The notes under the pieces are model-generated. The model did no database searches. It was given only the letters and a program-made list of their open reading frames with translations, and was not told where the DNA came from. Below, in pieces: positions 9,687-18,993 of a stretch of 64,000 nt of DNA. This DNA is from Thainema sp. (GTDB lineage: Bacteria; Cyanobacteriota; Cyanobacteriia; Phormidesmidales; Phormidesmidaceae), in the NCBI GenBank assembly GCA_052168235.1, contig JBQLZK010000002.1:64001-128000 (forward strand), in the 5' to 3' direction. Each line of letters begins with the position of its first letter. Position 1 is the first letter of the stretch. The position numbers and the translations under genes are program-made.

Positions 9687-9875
9687 TATAGCGCTATGCG
9701 CTTAGAACCAGACAGATATAGCGGTTTTAGATAAGAACGAAAGAGGAGCGTGCCTCATCCTGAGGCACGCTCCTCTTTCGTTCTCTCACTCTTAACTGGA
9801 ATCACTATAGTTTTTGAGAAGCCGCGCAAAGCGTGGCTTCTCAAAAACTATCTGTCCTAATTCCGTCAGGCTATA
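9687..9875. mobile_element. MITE family C copy (outer element), interrupted by a family B MITE
   Basis: TA-TAGCGCTATGCGCTTAGAAC ... GTCCTAATTCCGTCAGGCTA-TA. Removing 9719-9809 restores a 26-bp hairpin. Confidence 0.7.
9719..9807 (+). mobile_element. MITE family B, copy 1 (89 bp, TA duplication at 9717-18 and 9808-09)
   Basis: Imperfect TIRs TAGCGGTTTTAGATAAGA / TCTTAACTGGAATCACTA. Perfect 24-bp hairpin at 9734-9784. 80/89 identical to the reverse complement of 12427-12515. Confidence 0.88.
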
Positions 9876-10033
9876 GGTGCCGTTTCACACAAAAGAGCAA
9901 TGTTAGCTTGTCGCTAGATTACCCGAAGCAAGTTGACTAGTTTTGAGAGGTTGCTCTACATGTTGAACACGCTTAAACGAGCCACAACTCAATCACTATA
10001 GGACGTTTCATCACATGTGCTTTACATCACGAA

Positions 10034-10074
10034 AATTGCCTTCTACACCGCATGTCTGCGTGCAGAAGGCAATT
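10034..10074 (-). terminator. Hairpin downstream of the small Cys-rich gene
   Basis: AATTGCCTTCT...AGAAGGCAATT stem. Confidence 0.5.
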
Positions 10075-10151
10075 ATGTATGAGGCCGTGAGCGCGAAAAT
10101 TACAGCATGAAAAGTGGCCAAACGCTAGCTTCTATCGCTCATCCTGCTTCG

Positions 10152-10466
10152 TTAGGCAACGTCACTCGATGAATATGGAGTTGAGAACCGCGATCGTGGT
10201 GAAACAGCATCCGTCATGGTGGCGCTGACCGGAACTGCCTCTTTCTCATGCGATCTCGACAGCGGCAATACCTTGACGTCCCAGCTATCGCAGTTTGCTA
10301 TCAGAGCTTCCCAGGTAGGTGCAAACGGTGGGATCGCTAACGGACAGGACTTCCATTCTCCCTGAACGGGTACATCGAGCTGTTGGCAATACCCCCCTCT
10401 ACGTCCTTCCGGGGTATAACAACCACAGTATCGACATACGGAAGAATTAGAATCGAAGTTCCTCAT
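10152..10466 (-). CDS. Small conserved cyanobacterial Cys-rich hypothetical protein
   Basis: CRYCGCYTPEGRRGGYCQQLDVPVQGEWKSC four-Cys pattern. Confidence 0.7.
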   Translation of the reverse strand: MRNFDSNSSVCRYCGCYTPEGRRGGYCQQLDVPVQGEWKSCPLAIPPFAPTWEALIANCDSWDVKVLPLSRSHEKEAVPVSATMTDAVSPRSRFSTPYSSSDVA

Positions 10467-10913
10467 GGTTTTCGTGCGTAGCGCATAAATTTCAATTTTG
10501 ATTGTCTGCGATTTCTAGTGATCCCCATCGCTTCATTTAGGCTTCAAAGATCAAATGGAGCAAGGATTTCAGGCGTTTTTCCTAAGAAAACTCTTTTATG
10601 ATCTCTTTATTTTCATGTAAAGAACAATTGCATTCTCTAATTGGAGAAAACAGGTAGAGTTTGGGCAAAAATATATTGGGGATCAACAAAAATTGAGGCT
10701 AGCTCATTCCAGAATATTTTATTTGCTGTCGTCGAGCTTTGCTGCGAACTGATCCGTACTAACAACGTTGCTCTCTATAAAGAGTTCCCTTTTAAACCGT
10801 AGATTTCCCATGCCGCTAATCATAATTTCATCTGTCATTTGGCATAGATTGCATCCAAATAGCAGCCATTTTTTTCGTGATTTCTGTTGAAATGTAACGA
10901 GCTATTAGAGTGC

Positions 10914-11474
10914 TTACCATCGCTTTGTAATACAAAGTGAACACATTGACCAGCGTTCTAGCTCACCTTTGGGCGTTGGGCAGTTGCATTGAGGGCAAAG
11001 CGGCAGAGACTGCGATCGCACCTGTACCTGTTTGGCCCATCGCTCAAATACCTCACGGGGATCAGTCACTGCGTTTGTTAGAACGTGGGCCTCAGACGGG
11101 TTGGACTGATCCGGCATGCGGCTGGGGTGCTGCTGCCATACTTTTAGTGAGTCGTTCATCGGTGTGTTTGTTCCAGTGGATGAATTCCACTGTGCTGTCG
11201 AGAATCGAATATCACGCAGGCTCAAGCTCAGCTCTGTATTGATTTTTTGCATGAGCCGTCGTCGCTCAAACATGAGGTTCTGCGCCCAAGATGCATTGGC
11301 TACGGCTACCTGTAACACCTGATTCTGTAAGCTTGTGGGACGCGTTTGTAGAGCAACGGCATCGCCAACTAATTCGGCCCAGCGAGATGTGATCTGGCGA
11401 AACACCTGCTGCGATCGCCAAGCTTTTTGCTGTTCAATTTGCTTCATCAAACGCTGGAGCGATTGCAGCGCCAT
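10914..11474 (-). CDS. DUF721/DciA-like protein with C-terminal Zn ribbon
   Basis: W-x-ELVG-xx-VA-x-QTRP...LQVAV...WAQNL...DIRF, plus CPQC...CSLC. Confidence 0.85.
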   Translation of the reverse strand: MALQSLQRLMKQIEQQKAWRSQQVFRQITSRWAELVGDAVALQTRPTSLQNQVLQVAVANASWAQNLMFERRRLMQKINTELSLSLRDIRFSTAQWNSSTGTNTPMNDSLKVWQQHPSRMPDQSNPSEAHVLTNAVTDPREVFERWAKQVQVRSQSLPLCPQCNCPTPKGELERWSMCSLCITKRW

Positions 11475-11912
11475 AGAACGAGATAAACCTGAAGGGTGTG
11501 ACTAGTGACTTCGACCCAAAACTGTAACACAGTCTAAGCAAAGGCGACGTAAGTCAGAAGTCAGAGCCGACTTTTGTTTGCTGCTGATTAGCTTTATGAG
11601 AAATTCATACGATTTGCGATCGCAGATCCTCCAAATGGCAGAGAAGATTATGCTGAGCAGACGGTTATGCTTGATACATAAGAAATTACAATCAAAATAT
11701 GATCGGCTACCTCAGGTCAAAAAAATTTGAGCTCAGGCTGAACAAAGATCCGTTAATAAACCAGGTTACATATCGGTTTCGTTGATGCAGGCTGTGTTAA
11801 CGAAATATGTAAACCGACAATTAGTTGATTCAACCAGACCGAAGGGTTCGATTGTTAAATGACCATCCAGCCCTGCCCAAGTTAGTTCCCGCATAAGCCC
11901 AAGTTAAGTGTA

Positions 11913-12329
11913 ATGTTGTCTTACAAATCAGTCTCGACCCGCCCGATCAGTGTGGTGATCGCAGATGATCACGACCTAACTCGTTTGAGCCTCAAGCTAG
12001 CAATTAAGCAGCGTGGGCCCACAAACTTGGTTGGAATGGCCAAAAATGGAAAAGAGGCCGTTGAACTGGTCCAGCAGTGTCGGCCAGATGTTGTTGTACT
12101 GGATATGCAGATGCCCGTCATGGATGGGCCAAGTGCATCCCATTTGATTCGGCAAATTCAGCCGAACGCGAAGATTATTGCCTACTCATCTTTAGCAGGC
12201 AAATCCCTGGAACAGATGTTGCAAGAGGCAGAGTACGATGCCTTCTGCGACAAAGAAACGGACACCCAAGAACTACTGGATTTGATCATTGAGCTTGGCA
12301 ATACTCAAACAAGTGCTTGGACCGGTTAA
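11913..12329 (+). CDS. Single-domain response regulator (receiver only)
   Basis: VVIADDH and VVLDMQMPVMDG motifs; no output domain. Confidence 0.88.
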   Translation: MLSYKSVSTRPISVVIADDHDLTRLSLKLAIKQRGPTNLVGMAKNGKEAVELVQQCRPDVVVLDMQMPVMDGPSASHLIRQIQPNAKIIAYSSLAGKSLEQMLQEAEYDAFCDKETDTQELLDLIIELGNTQTSAWTG

Positions 12330-12426
12330 GAGGCCAGCTACTTAATCCAGCCAATATGTGTTGCATGAATCATCAGACGATAAACCAATCAACGCGCCGC
12401 TCATTATGAGCGGCGCATTAGTTTTA

Positions 12427-12515
12427 TAGTGATTCCAGCTAAGAGTGAGATAGCGAGAGAGGAGAGTGCCTCAGGATGAGGCACTCTCCTCTCTCGTTCT
12501 TAACTAGAACCGCTA
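12427..12515 (-). mobile_element. MITE family B, copy 2 (89 bp, flanked by TA at 12425-26 and 12516-17)
   Basis: Reverse-complement homolog of 9719-9807 with 9 substitutions; the internal hairpin is retained. Confidence 0.88.
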
Positions 12516-12566
12516 TATGTCTGGTTGGACTGGAGGCTGGAGGCCGAATCCCAGTTGAATCCAAGT

Positions 12567-13883
12567 CTAATTAGGCCCAATGGGTGAGGGTGGAACTGTC
12601 CCTGTACTTGTGTTAGCACCTGCGTCTGTATCTGCTGTATCTGCGATCGCATCCGTCAGAAATGCCTCTAGGTTAAACCGAACCGCGATTTGATTCAGAA
12701 TTGTTTGTTCTTCATGAGTGATCTCCCGTCCATGTGCCTTGGCCATGTTGTAACAGCGCGACAGAACTGGCAGGGCAAACTCAGGCTGTAGCTGATCGAG
12801 CAGTTGATTAAGTGGAACTTGTTGTTCCAAATGTTGAGCAATATCAGCCGACAAGTCTAAATTATTAGATGCTTGGTGCAAACCTGCGACGACCGCTGGC
12901 CAGCTTTTATCGGGTTGGCTGGCCAAATACATGTGAGTCAGAATTTGGTCGATAATGGCCTGCTGTTCCAGCGTCGTTGCCCAATAGGCTGCGCTGTCAG
13001 ATTGAATTGTTTGTAAATCCGCAGGCGTGGGTGTAGAACCCAGCTTCTGCTTCATCTCATAGTATTGACAGGCAGCGTAGCCCACCGTGTAAAGCACCGC
13101 AATATCTGTGCTGGCTCCAATCACGGGGCCTGCCAGTGGAATATTGCGGAAGATCCCTAAACCAGTTTTGACGATGTTGGTACTGCCCATCGCCAGCCCT
13201 ATTACCAAAACTAACTCTCCCTTCCGCGCGGGTTCTTTGAGGTCGAACCCATAGGCGGCAGCAATTTGATAAACCATTTCCGCTTGAATGGCAGTGGTTG
13301 CGGCTAGATCAATTGCCAGCAAGGCAACTGCCACCCCTGGGATCAAGCTGCTGGTGAATCCGGTACCGCCTGCAACCACAGCTTTCTGGTTCATGATGCG
13401 CTGGGCAATTTCCAGGGCCGATTCGTTGGGATACTGTTGCTGAAGATCCTCAACGGCCTGCTTAGCCTGACGCGCATTCACCTTTTCGCCACTGTCCACT
13501 AACCAGTCCAGCCGAAACAAGCCTGCGACTCGATCGGCGAAGGGTAACTGACCGACAGCGGTTACGGCTTGCCCTGTTCCTTCAGCAGCCCAGTCAATTA
13601 ATTGATAAACCTGCTGGTTGGCCAATTCACCCCATTCCGTCAAAGTGCCCGAAACGGGTTGAGTGGCATCATAAACCGATTTGCCCACCACTTCGCCAAG
13701 GGCTATTGTGGTTGCGATCGCAGTTTCGCCCATTTGTGCGAGTTGCTCAAACGGCGTCGTTGGTTTGCGATCGCGAGACTGGGCATGAGCTTGCGGCCCA
13801 GTTTTAGCATTCTCTTGAGCCTGGGCTTGGGATGCGGCGTCTGAATTGATATCAGAGTATTCGGAATAAACAGAGCTATCCAT
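12567..13883 (-). CDS. EcsC/DUF697-like protein
   Basis: 438 aa with the IDLAATTAIQAEMVYQIAAAYGFDL core typical of EcsC-like proteins. Confidence 0.65.
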   Translation of the reverse strand: MDSSVYSEYSDINSDAASQAQAQENAKTGPQAHAQSRDRKPTTPFEQLAQMGETAIATTIALGEVVGKSVYDATQPVSGTLTEWGELANQQVYQLIDWAAEGTGQAVTAVGQLPFADRVAGLFRLDWLVDSGEKVNARQAKQAVEDLQQQYPNESALEIAQRIMNQKAVVAGGTGFTSSLIPGVAVALLAIDLAATTAIQAEMVYQIAAAYGFDLKEPARKGELVLVIGLAMGSTNIVKTGLGIFRNIPLAGPVIGASTDIAVLYTVGYAACQYYEMKQKLGSTPTPADLQTIQSDSAAYWATTLEQQAIIDQILTHMYLASQPDKSWPAVVAGLHQASNNLDLSADIAQHLEQQVPLNQLLDQLQPEFALPVLSRCYNMAKAHGREITHEEQTILNQIAVRFNLEAFLTDAIADTADTDAGANTSTGTVPPSPIGPN

Positions 13884-13963
13884 AGCGGTATAAAAACAGT
13901 AAAAAAGTGGAAGTAGTCAAAAAATGGTCAGTTTGGCTGTGCTAGAGCGGAATCAGACGCATC

Positions 13964-14236
13964 CTATTCCTCATCGTCATGACGAAGATCAGAACGAAGC
14001 GCACGCGAGTCGCTAAAGGTTTCAGGCACCACGCTGGGATTATGAACGGCTTCGCGCGGGTTTTCCGGTATTCTCTGGTTGTAGATTAAATCCTGGGTAT
14101 CGACCGTCTTCTCGTCTAGCTCTTTTTTGATCTGATCAACCTGTTGATCTTGAGCTTTGTCTACCGAGTTGGAGTTGGAGTTTGGCTTCGGATTGGGATT
14201 GTTGTGTGACATATTAAGCAGTAGCTCGCTGATCAT
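13964..14236 (-). CDS. Small acidic hypothetical protein (start possibly 14212)
   Basis: 90-aa ORF co-oriented with the downstream gene. Confidence 0.5.
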   Translation of the reverse strand: MISELLLNMSHNNPNPKPNSNSNSVDKAQDQQVDQIKKELDEKTVDTQDLIYNQRIPENPREAVHNPSVVPETFSDSRALRSDLRHDDEE

Positions 14237-14490
14237 GACTAGTCATTTTTGTTTATCGTGAACGATTAGCGCATCGTCTGACGCAATGCAGATACATAGC
14301 AGATACATCATGATGCAGACAAACACGATAAACAGTTTCACAATAAGAACTGCTGCTCTGCTTTTCACCTACCGTTTGACCCGTATTTCTTATCACAATC
14401 GATAGATTTGGGTAGATTGAGCAACTTTATGGCTGGCCTGACATTCAGAATCTGCATGGAGAATCTGTATGGAGTCATACACTGAATCTA

Positions 14491-15330
14491 ATGCCTAACT
14501 TTTGCTCAGTTACGACAAGCGCCTGCTTACTCAGTCTGGGGTTGTGGTTGAACAGCCTATGGTTGAGCCGTTCAACCGCTGCGATCGCACAACCAATTGC
14601 CGCTGAACCAGTTTCTTCTCAAACCTACTCAATTTGGCAGCCACCGCTTCCGCTCGCCGAATTCATGGTCAGTCAAGCCGCGAACCAACAAGAACCAGCC
14701 GATTCATCTAGTCCAGCCTCGACCTCACCCGTAGACGCGTTCGACCTTGATCCAGACATTTACGAGAACAGTCCGGTGCTGCAGGAATGGTTGGCCGATC
14801 CGCCGGATATTGCAGACGAGATTCGCCATGATCCCAGCTTTCGTACTCGGTTGAAATTCGGCTGTGTGCAGTTTCCCTCGACCAACCAGGCCAGCGGCTT
14901 TAACCTAGGCATTGAAGATGTGTTCATCGGTCGTACGGGACTCACCGTCAGTGCCGACTACCAAGCGGCCTTTGATCGCGATCGCACCTCCTATGGCGCA
15001 GATCTGCATTACTTTGTCCGACCGCTGGGCCGCTATATTAATGTGGCTCCTCTGGTCGGCTATCGATATTTGGAAACGGACGACTACACCGAAGAGGGAC
15101 TCAATGTCGGTATCCGGCTGATGCTGGCTCTATCCCGTACCGGAGCTGCAGACATTTCGCTATCCCAAAGCTGGGTAGATGTGGGCACAAGTCAAGAAGT
15201 GGGACTGACCTCCATTTCGGTTGGATACGCTCTCACGCAGCACCTGCGGCTTTCTGCCGACATCCAGAAGCAAAATTCCACCCACGGACGAGACAGTATG
15301 GTCGGAATTGGGCTGGAGTGGCTGCTATAA
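14491..15330 (+). CDS. Secreted/outer-membrane beta-barrel-like hypothetical protein
   Basis: Signal peptide, the SPVLQEWL motif, alternating beta-strand pattern and C-terminal GIGLEWLL. Confidence 0.65.
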   Translation: MPNFCSVTTSACLLSLGLWLNSLWLSRSTAAIAQPIAAEPVSSQTYSIWQPPLPLAEFMVSQAANQQEPADSSSPASTSPVDAFDLDPDIYENSPVLQEWLADPPDIADEIRHDPSFRTRLKFGCVQFPSTNQASGFNLGIEDVFIGRTGLTVSADYQAAFDRDRTSYGADLHYFVRPLGRYINVAPLVGYRYLETDDYTEEGLNVGIRLMLALSRTGAADISLSQSWVDVGTSQEVGLTSISVGYALTQHLRLSADIQKQNSTHGRDSMVGIGLEWLL

Positions 15331-15523
15331 AGTTCGCTGTAGGAATCTGCTGTAATGACGTTGATGCAATGATTTTGGTGTAGTGTCGAGAACTGCGATC
15401 GCAGTTCTCAAGGTTGCCAGATGGTGTGTTAGGTTAGAAACAGAGTCTACCCGCAGGGTGGGCAATTTTAGAGCGAATGTTAACGCTGGTAAAAGCATTC
15501 GCAAATTCTGCTAAAGTAAGTAG

Positions 15524-15866
15524 GCTTTTCACAATTCGGTCAATGTCTGGGGGTGAGCGCAAAATCGTCAGTTCATGAATGAGGTCACTAAGCAGCGACA
15601 GTCAGCATCCAAGCGGAAGCTGATGGCCAAGATATGCGCGACTGCTTAGTTGGACAAGCCCTAGACAGCCACAATCTTTTACTTATCCACTGCTCCTAGA
15701 GAAACGTTCTGCGTGTGTAGCGTTTACGCATGCTTGATGTATGCTCCGGGAGAACAAGTGGTCTAATATCGCATCGCTTAGGTGCGATCGCGGGGAGTGT
15801 CATCCCGAGTTTTTGATTTCAGTTACAAACTGTTGTTAACCGTAGACATAAGTTAATTAGGAGTGA
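15524..15866 (+). promoter_or_regulatory. Candidate long structured 5' leader or ncRNA upstream of rpsU
   Basis: Extended -10 TG-C-TAAAGT at 15509-15517, followed by several stems whose imperfections are mostly G-U on the + strand. Confidence 0.45.
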
Positions 15867-15872
15867 ATGCTT

Positions 15873-16049
15873 ATGACTCAAGTTGTTGTTGGCGAAAACG
15901 AAGGAATTGAATCTGCACTGAGACGCTTTAAGCGTCAGGTCTCAAAGGCCGGTATCTTCGCAGAGGTGAAGCGTCGTCGTCATTACGAAACGCCCCAAGA
16001 AAAGCGTAAGCGTAAGGCCGTTGCTCGCCGCAAGAAGCGTTATCGCTAA
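15873..16049 (+). CDS. rpsU: 30S ribosomal protein S21
   Basis: [28 protein letters not shown]...; AGGAG RBS upstream. Confidence 0.97.
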   Translation: MTQVVVGENEGIESALRRFKRQVSKAGIFAEVKRRRHYETPQEKRKRKAVARRKKRYR

Positions 16050-16081
16050 ACCACTTGCAGTTTAGCTAAGTTGAATCACCG

Positions 16082-16113
16082 AAAGAGCTTTTCCCAGTGG
16101 GTGAAGCTCTTTT
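16082..16113 (+). terminator. rpsU terminator
   Basis: AAAGAGCTT...AAGCTCTTTT hairpin. Confidence 0.65.
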
Positions 16114-16270
16114 GGCTGTTTGTGCTTGTGTTTAATGCTGGCGTCCCATCTAACAACATCACACTTCAGTAGTCACTTTTGGCAAAATAGATTAGGCTTT
16201 GAGGCGAGTGCGATCGCGCTTGCATTTTTTGTTTGTGGATCATGTTACCCGTGACTGAAAGGAGGCCACT

Positions 16271-17599
16271 GTGCTGAACTTGCTCGCCACCGCACTAGCA
16301 GTGCTGGGGTTAGGGATTGGAGACGTGCAGCGCCTCAATCCTGTTGACAAAACCGTCTGGACAGAAACCGTCGATAGTTTAGATGCCTGGTCAGATACAG
16401 CCTTTCAGGTCGCCGTACAGCGTCCCGATCCGCAAGCCAAGCAAATTGTGGCTCAGTATCTACAATCTCTTAATACCGCAGGTAATCCAGTCGGTAGTCA
16501 GAGCGTTTTAGTGCAAATCGGCTCGGCTCCAATTGCTGCGCATCAAGCCACTAGTCCCCTGCCAGCGGCCTCGTTGACTAAGGTTGCCACTACGCTGGCA
16601 GCGCTGGCGACGTGGAATCCCAACCATCGTTTTGAAACCGTGATTGCCGCTACTGGCCCAGTGCAAAATGGTGTTCTACAGGGGGACTTAGTTGTTCTCA
16701 GCCAAGGCGATCCGCTGTTTGTATGGGAAGAAGGGATTGCCTTGGGCAATGCGCTCCAGGATGCTGGTATTCAGCAGGTCAACGGTAATTTACTGGTTAC
16801 GCCCGCCTTCACGATGAACTTCAGCCCAGATCCGGCTCAATCCGGCCAGTGGCTCCAGCAGGCAATTAACGCTGATCAGTGGGAATGGGAAGCTGAGCAG
16901 CAGTTTGCAACGCTGCCGCTCAATACGCCCCGTCCTCGCATCGTCATTAACGGCGGCATTCAAGTCATTTCTCCTTCTGCGCCAATTTTGCAATCTGTCA
17001 AGCCGCTAGTCAGCCATAAATCGCTGTCGCTGTTTGCCATCCTCAAGTCGATGAACATCTACAGCAACAATGAGATGTCGGAACAGATTGCCCGTCTCAT
17101 TGGTGGCCCGACTGCGGTATCCAGCAAAGCGGCTCAAGCCTCTGGCGTTTCAGTTGATCAAATTCGGCTGATCAATGGTTCCGGCTTGGGACAAGAAAAT
17201 CAAATTTCTGCGATCGCAGTTGTGCAAATGTTCCGTGCCATCCAGCTCATTTTGGAAGACACTGAGTTCAACGTGGCCGATCTATTTCCAGTTTTTGGTC
17301 GCGATGGTGGCACGTTGGACTATCGCAGCATGCCGACTGCGACCACAGTTAAGACCGGTACTCTCAATGGAGTGTGTACTTTAGCGGGAGTGCTGCCCAC
17401 CCGCGATCGCGGTTTAGTTTGGTTTGCCATTTTTAATCAGGGCTCCAACATAGAAGACCTGCGGGCACGTCAAGATCAGCTGTTGCAAGCGCTCACCCAG
17501 CATTGGGGAGCCGCCCAACCTCTCCCCCAAGACATCACGCCGTCAGCCCTACCAGAATCTGAGCAGCTCGGCGCTGCTAGCCGCAATCAGGTCATTTAA
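16271..17599 (+). CDS. dacB: D-alanyl-D-alanine carboxypeptidase (peptidase S13, PBP4)
   Basis: PAASLTK (SxxK), YSNN (SxN) and KTGTL motifs. Confidence 0.9.
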   Translation: MLNLLATALAVLGLGIGDVQRLNPVDKTVWTETVDSLDAWSDTAFQVAVQRPDPQAKQIVAQYLQSLNTAGNPVGSQSVLVQIGSAPIAAHQATSPLPAASLTKVATTLAALATWNPNHRFETVIAATGPVQNGVLQGDLVVLSQGDPLFVWEEGIALGNALQDAGIQQVNGNLLVTPAFTMNFSPDPAQSGQWLQQAINADQWEWEAEQQFATLPLNTPRPRIVINGGIQVISPSAPILQSVKPLVSHKSLSLFAILKSMNIYSNNEMSEQIARLIGGPTAVSSKAAQASGVSVDQIRLINGSGLGQENQISAIAVVQMFRAIQLILEDTEFNVADLFPVFGRDGGTLDYRSMPTATTVKTGTLNGVCTLAGVLPTRDRGLVWFAIFNQGSNIEDLRARQDQLLQALTQHWGAAQPLPQDITPSALPESEQLGAASRNQVI

Positions 17600-17690
17600 A
17601 ACCATAGCCATGTTGGTTAGGACGTTTTTGTAGTACTCTCTGCCGCACCACAAAAACGTCCGTATCCTAACAGAGCTGACTACAGCTATA
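17597..17690. mobile_element. MITE family A, copy 2
   Basis: ATAGCCATGTTGGTTAGGACG...CGTCCGTATCCTAACAGAGCTGACTACAGCTA-TA; the hairpin apex is partly decayed. Confidence 0.72.
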
Positions 17691-17697
17691 ACTTCAC

Positions 17698-17740
17698 CCC
17701 AAGAGCAACAAGCGGGCTAAGCCCGCTTGTTGCTCTTGGG
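17698..17740. repeat. Long perfect palindrome (21-bp arms) between convergent dacB and lptC
   Basis: CCCAAGAGCAACAAGCGGGCT-A-AGCCCGCTTGTTGCTCTTGGG. Confidence 0.85.
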
Positions 17741-17750
17741 ATTTGACTGG

Positions 17751-18893
17751 TTACTGAGGAATAATCTCCGTTATCACTGGGCCACCGCGCACCACGACCG
17801 TTTGATTTTCTAGACGGCCCACGGCCTGATCGCCCCTTAGATTAAACGGCGGATCGGTTTGCCGATAGCGGACATTGCCTCTGGCGTTAACCTGCTGGGT
17901 CGGAATGATCCAGGTTAGCTCGTTGGCATTGAGCTGAGAGCCATCTCGTTGGCCCACAGCCTGCACATTTTGACTGAGATAGACAATTTCTTGCTCCAGA
18001 TCCATGCGACCGGTGTCAGCCGTGAGCGTGACTCCTTCGGTTTGATGCACGATGCGGATTGGCTGATTGCTGACGATTGTATTTTTACCCAAATTCCAAA
18101 ACATATTGTTGCTGGAAACCTGCACCGGCGGCTCCCTTAACGTCAGCAGCGCATCCTCCGTGATTCTGACCAAATTTTCTTGCAGCTTGACTTCGGCCTG
18201 TTTCCCCGTCACCGTATCAATAATTTGGTTGCCTTCATAGCGTTCCACCTTGATTGGGACTGGACTCACAACTGTTTCAGCTTGCAAATTCCACAAAATC
18301 TTTTCGCTTTGTAGACGAACATTCGGATCTTTGGTTGTCGCAATTACTTTGCCAGTAATTTCCATCGTGCGATCGCGCGTCATCACCTTGGCTTCTTGAG
18401 CCGAAGCATTCATTTTGGGATGAGTGCCCTGGATTCCGCCCCGCACAAAGATGACATTCGCCTGTGGTCGCCACTCCAGTTCTTCACCCTTGAGCACGGC
18501 TCCGTCGCGCGTATCCGTGGCCACTACGTCACCGCGCAGATAGATCACCTCTCCATCCTGGTGAACTTCGGCGGTTTTGGCCTCTACGTTGTAAATTTTC
18601 TCGCCATCCTGTAGCAGATCGCCGATGGGATTGGTTACCGTGGCAATCTTTTGGTCAGGGCTGTAATTGGCCTCTTCTGCTTTAATACTCCAAACCGGGT
18701 TGCCTGCTTCGTCGGACTGGCTTAAGGTGATGTTCTCAAAGGTCAGATTGCTGGTTTGTTCCTGCACTGCTGAGCTATCTTCCGCAATCTGATCGGCGGC
18801 CCGATTTCTGCGATCGCAACTTACCAAGCCACCCCCAATCAGAGTGATGGCGAGGCATACCCCGATAGGGCGCGTCCATTGGCCATTCTTCAT
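17751..18893 (-). CDS. lptC: LPS export ABC transporter periplasmic protein LptC (cyanobacterial multi-repeat form)
   Basis: Lipoprotein signal LVSC followed by repeated beta-jellyroll segments. Confidence 0.8.
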   Translation of the reverse strand: MKNGQWTRPIGVCLAITLIGGGLVSCDRRNRAADQIAEDSSAVQEQTSNLTFENITLSQSDEAGNPVWSIKAEEANYSPDQKIATVTNPIGDLLQDGEKIYNVEAKTAEVHQDGEVIYLRGDVVATDTRDGAVLKGEELEWRPQANVIFVRGGIQGTHPKMNASAQEAKVMTRDRTMEITGKVIATTKDPNVRLQSEKILWNLQAETVVSPVPIKVERYEGNQIIDTVTGKQAEVKLQENLVRITEDALLTLREPPVQVSSNNMFWNLGKNTIVSNQPIRIVHQTEGVTLTADTGRMDLEQEIVYLSQNVQAVGQRDGSQLNANELTWIIPTQQVNARGNVRYRQTDPPFNLRGDQAVGRLENQTVVVRGGPVITEIIPQ

Positions 18894-18993
18894 TCGACGT
18901 TCGTCCTTATGTAGACCGTGCCGTGACTATTCTGACACGGACGTTTCATGAACATCATTTTGCATTAAAGCCCAGTAGTGCTGTGTCAAATCA

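Noticed and set aside
10016..10031. Second CRP-like site TGTGC-N6-TCACG
   Set aside because: Two mismatches to consensus and no clear promoter at suitable spacing.
15545..15666. SRP RNA (ffs)
   Set aside because: It has GGAAG but lacks the CAGG-x-CCGGAAGG-x-AGCAG domain IV arrangement.
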